Assembly (NCBI GenBank): GCA_038886535.1
Contig: JAVZXS010000007.1
Coordinates: 1 to 38,425, forward strand
Length of the DNA stretch: 38,425 bases
Direction: 5' to 3'
From: Candidatus Micrarchaeia archaeon
GTDB lineage: Archaea > Micrarchaeota > Micrarchaeia > CABMEP01
Shown: positions 27,759 through 34,099 of the stretch, one piece after another
Layout of the letters: the number at the start of each line of letters is the position of its first letter
How positions within the stretch are numbered: position 1 is the stretch's first letter
Translations under genes and position numbers: made by a program
Notes under the pieces: generated by a model
What the model saw: only the letters and a program-made list of their open reading frames with translations
The model's database searches: none
Told to the model about the DNA's origin: nothing

Positions 27759-29237
27759 TTAATTATTTAATTGTTCCTTCGAAGAAGGAACAAACTCTAT
27801 TATCGTAGGTTTAACTAGTATAACAAGTTCCTCCTTAGATTTACTCTGAACCATCTCCTTAGTTAATACTGAATCAAATGGTAATCCACTCGTATTTGTA
27901 TACCCTTTTTCATATATCAAACCACCTAATATAATTACTTGTTCAGGAGTTAACCTTAATTGAGTATTAACTGTTTTTAAAGATACTTCTGGTTGAGTTA
28001 ATGTGCCTATCTGTTGACCAGCATTTAAATTTATTAACCTAATAACTTCAGATACTACCACTTTTAAATTTATACTTAATGTATCACTTAACTTGTCATA
28101 ATAAGGAACCATTTCAAGTTCTACCCCACTTTTCGCTTTATCACTTGTTGCTGTCCCTAACGCTGTCCCTGTAGTTGTATTAGAAGTAGATAAAGATACC
28201 TCTTTTATATAAGGCGTCTCCTTTACTACCTCTATTCTTCCCTTTACTCCTGAAAGAGTCTGCATATAAACATTCTGCAATATTGAATACTTTCCATACT
28301 TTTCAATAAAATTCAAAAAACCTGAAAATGAAAATTTGGGCCTATTAATAACTATACTCGCACCTTGATTGTTAGTAACTAAATTTAAATCACTCTTTAC
28401 CCTCATTAACCTGTCCGATGCATCTAAAGTAAACCTGCTCCAGTCTATTCCTATATTGTTTTCTGAATCAAAACTTACTGAAAGTAATACTATTCTTAGA
28501 TTTATAAGAGAAGCGTTACGATATAAGGATTGTAAAAATCGCTTTACTCTCTCATACCCAGTATAGTCAACCGTAAAATTCAACATAGAAGTAAAGTTAT
28601 CATAGCTTACATTCCTTGCCCCTAGTTTCTCTATGCTATCTTTTACATACTTCAATAATTCAAAATAGTTTGGAACTATAAAGGAAAAAGTTTTTTCTTT
28701 TTCTACAATTACGGTTGAATCACCTCTATAATCAAAAAAATATCCAGTTTTATGAGATAATAAATTAAATAAATCACATAATTTGCCCTTATACTTTATG
28801 GTTAACGCACCACCGCTTCTGTTTAAAAAAGTATTTACCGATTGACTGCTTTGTTTTTCATTATCTTTATTCTCTACGCCAGATTGATTGGCTTGAACAA
28901 TACTTTGCCTTTGCTCCTCTGAAATATCATATAAAAAGTTCAAATCTAATTCGTCCTTCAATACACTCAAAATAAAAGATAAATTCGATTCCATAAATTC
29001 TACATCTACATCTCTATCTATCTGACACTTATTCAATTCATTTACAGAGAAAACATCAGGAACCGAAACCTTTATCCTTGAAGGTATACTGGACAATTCA
29101 TTTTCTACCTGCCCCTGCTTTGACTGTAGTTCTGTCTTAATATCTTCATTCCTTACATCCCTCATTAAAGAACATGAACATAAAAATACTAAACAAAAAA
29201 AACTTAATATTAATAAATTAATCCCTTTTTTCAACAT
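27759..29237 (-). CDS. Lipidated secretin (type II/III secretion D family; PilN/BfpB/MshL-like)
   Basis: Lipobox; GIDWSRF, ETPYIKEVS, SGVELEMVP, QVIILGGLI and EELVILVKPTII secretin motifs. Confidence 0.85.
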   Translation of the reverse strand: MLKKGINLLILSFFCLVFLCSCSLMRDVRNEDIKTELQSKQGQVENELSSIPSRIKVSVPDVFSVNELNKCQIDRDVDVEFMESNLSFILSVLKDELDLNFLYDISEEQRQSIVQANQSGVENKDNEKQSSQSVNTFLNRSGGALTIKYKGKLCDLFNLLSHKTGYFFDYRGDSTVIVEKEKTFSFIVPNYFELLKYVKDSIEKLGARNVSYDNFTSMLNFTVDYTGYERVKRFLQSLYRNASLINLRIVLLSVSFDSENNIGIDWSRFTLDASDRLMRVKSDLNLVTNNQGASIVINRPKFSFSGFLNFIEKYGKYSILQNVYMQTLSGVKGRIEVVKETPYIKEVSLSTSNTTTGTALGTATSDKAKSGVELEMVPYYDKLSDTLSINLKVVVSEVIRLINLNAGQQIGTLTQPEVSLKTVNTQLRLTPEQVIILGGLIYEKGYTNTSGLPFDSVLTKEMVQSKSKEELVILVKPTIIEFVPSSKEQLNN

Positions 29238-29247
29238 CTCCTCTCAG

Positions 29248-29336
29248 CCCCAGATAAAAATTCTGGACCGGGATATTTAATATTCCGCCTTTAATTAACT
29301 AACTATCCTGTCCCGGTAGGCGGTATTAGGATAGTT
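29248..29336 (-). promoter_or_regulatory. Structured 5' leader / multi-inverted-repeat element upstream of the secretin gene
   Basis: Four complementary pairs within ~90 nt: AACTATCCT/AGGATAGTT, CCGCCT/AGGCGG, ACCGGGA/TCCCGGT and CCAGA/TCTGG. Confidence 0.5.
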
Positions 29337-29372
29337 TCTATAATAAGGGGAGAAAATGTAACAAGTTCTATT

Positions 29373-31115
29373 TTAAGAGTCAGATGGTATGGTTACTTCT
29401 TTTATATCCAGCAACCTGCCTTGTTTCATCATTTCAAAGTAGCCAACACTTTTGCCAAATGCCTCCTGCGCCCTAAACGGTATGTAGAGGCTCCTTGACA
29501 GCACACTGCCATCTTTTAACTTAACAACAAATGGAGCAGAAAAATATCCCTCTTTAATTAAAGAAGTTTCTATCCCATCTTTTTCCTCTTTAACCTTGGT
29601 AAGCACGCTATATATATAATCCCTTTTAACCGCCTTATCTGAACTTACTAAATTTAAATCTAACCTACCCATTTCATCTGCAATTTCTTTAAGTGTATTA
29701 AATACTAAATCAGGTAACACATAAACTACTCCATTAGGCATACTAAATGCCTGCCAAGTCTTTCTATCATCTAACTTGTTTATTTTTGAACTAATTCTCT
29801 GTAAAAATTCATCTAAATTTAACCAGTCAATCGGTACCACCTTGGGTTTATTCGACTTCTCTTTCTCTTTATTAGTTTCATCACTATTGTCAACAGTCAT
29901 AAATATATCTAGTTCAGATTTTTTACCTTCATCCTGTATGCGTTCATATTTATACTTGCTTTTTTGTGCTCCCTTTTCTTCTTGATGTTTTCTTTCCTCA
30001 TGAGAAACTTCCGCTGAGATAAATAAATTAATATTTTCTTCATCTATATCAAAATTTTCATCCAAATATTGTTCTGAACATTTGCTTAACCCCCAAATAG
30101 ATTGACTATTTTCTTTTGTTTTTTCTTCTACTTTTTCGTTTGATAAAGTTTGATTACGTTTGATTGTTTGAGTTTGATTTACAAGTGGTTTGGTAAAAGT
30201 TTGATTGTTTTCGTTTGATACGTTTGATAAAGTTTGATTTTCGGTTTGATAAATCCTTTGATTAGTTTGATTATGCTCATCTACATGTGTGTCTCCTGTT
30301 TTGCCTATGTAATCTTCGGTTATTATTATACTGTTTACTTTGTTTAACTCCTTACGTCTTGCTCTCTGGTCTGCCTCCTTTAAATACTCTGTTAATTTAT
30401 CCTTCGGCTTTAAATGATGGTCCCTTACCGCTTTAAGCACATCATCTGCATATACAAGATTCTTAAAATCAGGAATTGTCTCAAGTGCACTTACGCTTAT
30501 AAAAGGATGATCCCCCATGGCATAATACTGTTGCCGATACTTTGGTATTTTGCCTATATCATGACCTAATGCGGCAATTATGCCTTTTGGCGTCATAGGT
30601 CCATAGGGAATTAAGTTGATTATTTCTTCTGCTACATTTATTGTATGCTCTATTAAGGATATGTTATAAAGTTTCTTAATGGTTTCTTGAGAAATTTTCC
30701 CTTCTGTATCTTGCTGTCCTGATACAACCGAAGAAACATTACCTTCTGTATCAAGTAAAGTAAGTAAATTTAATATTACTTTCTTCGTATTTCCAATAAA
30801 AAATAATTTGCCCTCTATATGCTCTCTAAAAAAATTAGTTATGATTTCATTATAAAAATTAAATTCCTCCCTATTATTACTCCCATCTAATTTTAAAGAA
30901 CGCCATAACAATGATAACTCTTCAATGTTGATTATTGCTTCTTTTCTTTTACTCCATATTACAGCTATTGTTTCAAGAACTATTACTTGCTTTTGTTTTT
31001 TATTTTTAGAAAAAGTCTCTTTTTTAGGTAAAAAAATATCCTTCATCGCCCAAGCAAGCATTGCACTACCTGCAATACCCGCTAAAATAAAAGCTTCACT
31101 ATGCAACATCTGCAA
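29373..31115 (-). CDS. traI: HD-domain protein, probable MOBH-type relaxase (TraI_2-like)
   Basis: SLIEHT...AALGHDIGK...HP...HH...EADQRAR HD motif set, overlapping the coupling-protein gene. No other relaxase candidate in the window. Confidence 0.7.
   Translation of the reverse strand: MQMLHSEAFILAGIAGSAMLAWAMKDIFLPKKETFSKNKKQKQVIVLETIAVIWSKRKEAIINIEELSLLWRSLKLDGSNNREEFNFYNEIITNFFREHIEGKLFFIGNTKKVILNLLTLLDTEGNVSSVVSGQQDTEGKISQETIKKLYNISLIEHTINVAEEIINLIPYGPMTPKGIIAALGHDIGKIPKYRQQYYAMGDHPFISVSALETIPDFKNLVYADDVLKAVRDHHLKPKDKLTEYLKEADQRARRKELNKVNSIIITEDYIGKTGDTHVDEHNQTNQRIYQTENQTLSNVSNENNQTFTKPLVNQTQTIKRNQTLSNEKVEEKTKENSQSIWGLSKCSEQYLDENFDIDEENINLFISAEVSHEERKHQEEKGAQKSKYKYERIQDEGKKSELDIFMTVDNSDETNKEKEKSNKPKVVPIDWLNLDEFLQRISSKINKLDDRKTWQAFSMPNGVVYVLPDLVFNTLKEIADEMGRLDLNLVSSDKAVKRDYIYSVLTKVKEEKDGIETSLIKEGYFSAPFVVKLKDGSVLSRSLYIPFRAQEAFGKSVGYFEMMKQGRLLDIKEVTIPSDS
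30137..30272. repeat. Cluster of GTTTGA(T) short repeats inside the relaxase linker (encodes NQT repeats)
   Basis: About a dozen GTTTGA(T)-like copies, including TTTTCGTTTGATA twice and CGTTTGATAAAGTTTGATT twice. Confidence 0.75.
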
Positions 31116-32469
31116 CTGCCTCTGGAAACTTTACTTCAATATAAGCATCACTTACATCTAAAGTCCTTCCTTTAAATCTCCCCTTATATGTCATTAAATA
31201 AAATTGCCTTGGTGGTAAATTTAAAACATCATATATCTTTACAACAGGTTCCTCTGATTCTTTAGTTGTTATTCCTGCGTTAGGAGATAAAACAGGAGAA
31301 ATAAATTTCTTTGTCCCAAAATGACTTGATACATATTCTGCAGTTTCTGGGTCTGGAACTCTCATAAATACTTTTGTGTTAGTATTATCTAATATTGAAC
31401 GACCAAAATCTTTACCTACTCTCGAATAAATCTGATTGACCGATTGACTAAACCCATGTATCCATACACCTGCTCCACCTGCCTTTGCGAACAAGTCTTC
31501 AATATCATAATAAAGCGTATTTTGTGCTTCGTCTATATAAAGAGCAAGTGGAGGATTTACTTTTTTCCCTGAAGAAAAAACTCTACCAACATAACTTTGA
31601 ATCATACTAATTACTACCTTTCCTAAAGTAAATGCTGCTTTTCTGGTAAGCAAACTTCCAAGATGAACTACCATTATAACTCTTTGCCCTGATTCAAGCC
31701 TTTTTATAAACCTGTTCTCATCTGCTTTACCTATAATTTTACCTATATTTCCAGAGGAAAGTTCCATTAATGCAACTCTCAAAGATGATGACACTTTTGA
31801 ATAGTAATCTTGCGGTGAATTTACAATTTTTAACATATCTTGCTCAAGTTGTCTTGCTTCAGGTAAATCTATAGACTGAACTTCTTGCAATAATTTCTCT
31901 ATTTCTTCTCTACTCATTCGGTCTTTAACTTCATTAAGATTAAACGAGTGAGGTTTACCTTCAACTTTCGCTTTAAGTAAAAGTGACTGAACTATTATCA
32001 TGCTTATTTCGTAGGCTACGTTGTAAAAAAATGGCTCTTTTACATCTACACCACTTACTATGTGTCCTACAAGTTCTTCAGGCATGTAATAGAAAGCAAG
32101 CGGATCTATTAAGGCAGAATATTCAGGAAATATGGCAGTAACAAGTATTAACTCTTCAAACCTATTTTCCTCAAATGCAACTTGCACTACTTTAGAAAAT
32201 AATTCTATGTCTCCCTTTGGGTCTATAATTACAACTGAGTATCCTTTTCTTATATCCTGCTCAACCATACCTTCTATAAGCCTTGTTTTACCTACTCTTG
32301 TTGTTCCAAAACACCAAAAATGCCCTTTTCTGTCATCGTCAGGTATGGCAATCGTAATTTTTTTAGAAGGATTGTCCATTGAATAACCAATTCCTAAAAT
32401 TGTCTTTTTTTCTTTTACTGAACTTTCTATCATATCAGTTTTCTTTCTAAAAATATCAAAAAGACCCAT
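31099..32469 (-). CDS. traD: Type IV coupling protein TraD (short, no TM anchor)
   Basis: Walker A GTTRVGKT, IIDPKGD, Walker B YIDEAQ, AKAGGAGV and ILDNTNTKVFMRV motifs. Confidence 0.92.
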   Translation of the reverse strand: MGLFDIFRKKTDMIESSVKEKKTILGIGYSMDNPSKKITIAIPDDDRKGHFWCFGTTRVGKTRLIEGMVEQDIRKGYSVVIIDPKGDIELFSKVVQVAFEENRFEELILVTAIFPEYSALIDPLAFYYMPEELVGHIVSGVDVKEPFFYNVAYEISMIIVQSLLLKAKVEGKPHSFNLNEVKDRMSREEIEKLLQEVQSIDLPEARQLEQDMLKIVNSPQDYYSKVSSSLRVALMELSSGNIGKIIGKADENRFIKRLESGQRVIMVVHLGSLLTRKAAFTLGKVVISMIQSYVGRVFSSGKKVNPPLALYIDEAQNTLYYDIEDLFAKAGGAGVWIHGFSQSVNQIYSRVGKDFGRSILDNTNTKVFMRVPDPETAEYVSSHFGTKKFISPVLSPNAGITTKESEEPVVKIYDVLNLPPRQFYLMTYKGRFKGRTLDVSDAYIEVKFPEAVADVA

Positions 32470-32534
32470 ACCTCTTGCTATTATTTCTTTTTTTAATGAT
32501 GTTTTTTGTATTCACCATAATTTAATTGTCTGTT

Positions 32535-32599
32535 TAATTCTATGTTTCCCTTTGGTCTATAATTACAACTGAGTATCCTTTTCTTATATTCTGCTCAAC
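32535..32599. repeat. 65-bp intergenic copy of traD coding sequence 32200-32265
   Basis: Direct repeat with 2 substitutions and a 1-bp deletion. Confidence 0.9.
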
Positions 32600-32651
32600 T
32601 GTTCTTTTTATAAGATTTGTCTAATCTCTGCTTCTCCTTTTTTTTGTATAT

Positions 32652-33455
32652 TTAGAACTTTACAATTATTCCTTCTTTCAATAAGTTTCCAACTTCTTTA
32701 ATACATTCTTTTGGGATTTTACTTTCTGCATGTATTTCTGTCCAACCACCAGCTATTCGTCTTACTGCTTTAATTTTTGTAAAAATTCCTCTTTCTGCTA
32801 AAGACATCCTTAACAACTCTTCAGGAAAAGATATAGAATTTCTACTTAATGTTACTATTATTCGGGGAACATTATTTTCAACAATTCCTTTTACACTTGT
32901 CACATAAAAAGGTAATATCTGCCCTTCTCTATAATATCCTCTTTCTTTTGGTGTTTGATGCTCTAAAGGACATTGTCCTATAAGATTTCTACCTGCATGT
33001 ATTGTAGTATGAGGATTTTTAATTTTAACATATAGCGTATTTTGTATAATTCTAAAGATAGGACCAAAAACTACTGTTCTTACTAATTTCTTTGCGTCTT
33101 CATAAATACGATATGCTTGAAAAATATAAAATCTTTGTGAAACTATTTCTTTTAACTGTTTAAAGTGTTTTTTATTTATTTGAGAAGGAAGAATCTCTCT
33201 AAAACCAAAATCTGTATAAATAACTATCTTGCATTGCGGCTTAAAGTAAACTTGAACATCATACCCAAGTGATTCACTTAAGGCAAAACTAATAGTTTCT
33301 TCTGCTAATTCATACGCCTCTTTAATGCTTATTTCATATTTTTCTGCCAATTCTTCAATGATTTCTGCTAAAGAAGCAATAATCTCTACGTCTTTATCAG
33401 AATAAACTATTTTTTGGTCTTCAAAGTTCTTATTATGCACAATAACCTTATCCAT
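32652..33455 (-). CDS. Divergent NusA paralog (NTD + S1 + degenerate KH1; no KH2 or AR domains)
   Basis: Segments colinear with NusA motifs: EIIEELAEKYEISIKEAYELAEETI; IYEDAKKLVRTVVFGPIFRI; CPLEHQTPKERGYYREGQILPFYVTSV; PRIIVTLSRNSISFPEELL; KIKAVRRIAGGWTEI; IKEVGNLLKEGIIV. Confidence 0.75.
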   Translation of the reverse strand: MDKVIVHNKNFEDQKIVYSDKDVEIIASLAEIIEELAEKYEISIKEAYELAEETISFALSESLGYDVQVYFKPQCKIVIYTDFGFREILPSQINKKHFKQLKEIVSQRFYIFQAYRIYEDAKKLVRTVVFGPIFRIIQNTLYVKIKNPHTTIHAGRNLIGQCPLEHQTPKERGYYREGQILPFYVTSVKGIVENNVPRIIVTLSRNSISFPEELLRMSLAERGIFTKIKAVRRIAGGWTEIHAESKIPKECIKEVGNLLKEGIIVKF

Positions 33456-33564
33456 TCTTCCCTCTTTTAAAAAGAAAGTTTTTAATTAGAAATTTCTTAC
33501 AAAGAGGGAATGTTAATGTATCATTGATTATCAGAAACTTTTACTATATAGTTTTACAACAAAA

Positions 33565-33651
33565 GGTAGTCCATGATTGTCCCCCCTGGTAGTCCACAGT
33601 TGTCCCCAGGTAGTCCATGATTGTCCCCAAAAATAGTCCATGATTGTCCCT
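33565..33651. repeat. Four 20-bp iteron-like direct repeats (GGTAGTCCATGATTGTCCCC) at 23/21/23-bp spacing
   Basis: Copies start at 33565, 33588, 33609 and 33632. Confidence 0.9.
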
Positions 33652-33712
33652 CCCCCCCCTGTGCAAACCATTGGTAATCAACGGTTTATGCCCTACGAAA
33701 AATTCCGAACTG

Positions 33713-33784
33713 ATAGGCATATACTGTATATGCCTATAATCGGAGGGGGTGAGCGTTATTAAATAAACGCTCACCCCCATCCGA
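33713..33784. other. Two adjacent inverted repeats; candidate oriT/oriV core
   Basis: ATAGGCATATAC-T-GTATATGCCTAT (33713-33737) and GGGGGTGAGCGTT-8nt-AACGCTCACCCCC (33745-33778), lying between the divergent transfer and leading regions. Confidence 0.55.
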
Positions 33785-33869
33785 AAAAAGAGAGAAAAAA
33801 AGAAAAAAAAGAAAAAAAGTTTTTTGAACCTTCCTTCAAAAAATAAAAAAAAAAGAACTGAAAAAAACT

Positions 33870-33905
33870 CCCCCCTTACCCCCCTCTTTCTCCCCCCATC
33901 CCCCC
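33870..33905 (-). other. G-quadruplex-forming motif G6-N2-G6-N7-G6-N3-G6
   Basis: Four C6 runs on the plus strand at 33870-75, 33879-84, 33892-97 and 33900-05. Confidence 0.7.
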
Positions 33906-34099
33906 TCTTTACAGGGCGTTTCTACGGGGTGTTTCAGTTTGAGAAGGAGAATTGGTTTCTGCTTCACTGTTTGCTGTTTTTTCAATTGTATGTGAAGCAT
34001 TTTTGTGAATCGCCAAAACAAGACAGATTTGTCTTGTTTTTTTCTTGTTACATTTTTTACCCTATATATAGAGGTAGAAAAAATAAAGAGGTGATGGCT

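Noticed and set aside
27759..29237. Complete type IV pilus or T2SS locus
   Set aside because: No prepilins, ATPase, platform protein or prepilin peptidase in the window.
29373..31115. HD protein as a Cas3-HD nuclease or HD-GYP enzyme
   Set aside because: No GYP motif, no helicase or cas context; coupling to traD favours a MOBH-type relaxase.
1859..32386. Numerous short plus-strand ORFs inside tra genes
   Set aside because: Antisense shadows of well-supported minus-strand genes, with no recognisable motifs.
32200..32599. Duplicated segment as a DGR template/variable repeat pair
   Set aside because: Only two substitutions plus an indel, the copy lies in a conserved ATPase region rather than a C-terminal variable domain, and no reverse transcriptase is present.
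32652..33455. Calling this the housekeeping nusA
   Set aside because: Too short and divergent, lacks KH2 and the GxxG loop, and is not in the rimP-nusA-infB operon.
33565..33651. Direct repeats as a CRISPR array
   Set aside because: The repeats are separated by only 1-3 bp, with no spacers and no cas genes.
33824..34099. N-terminal 92-codon extension of bet in the ORF track, and ORFs 33544-33780 and 33836-34114
   Set aside because: These are low-complexity translations of repeat and homopolymer DNA. The RBS and promoter motif point to a bet start at 34100.
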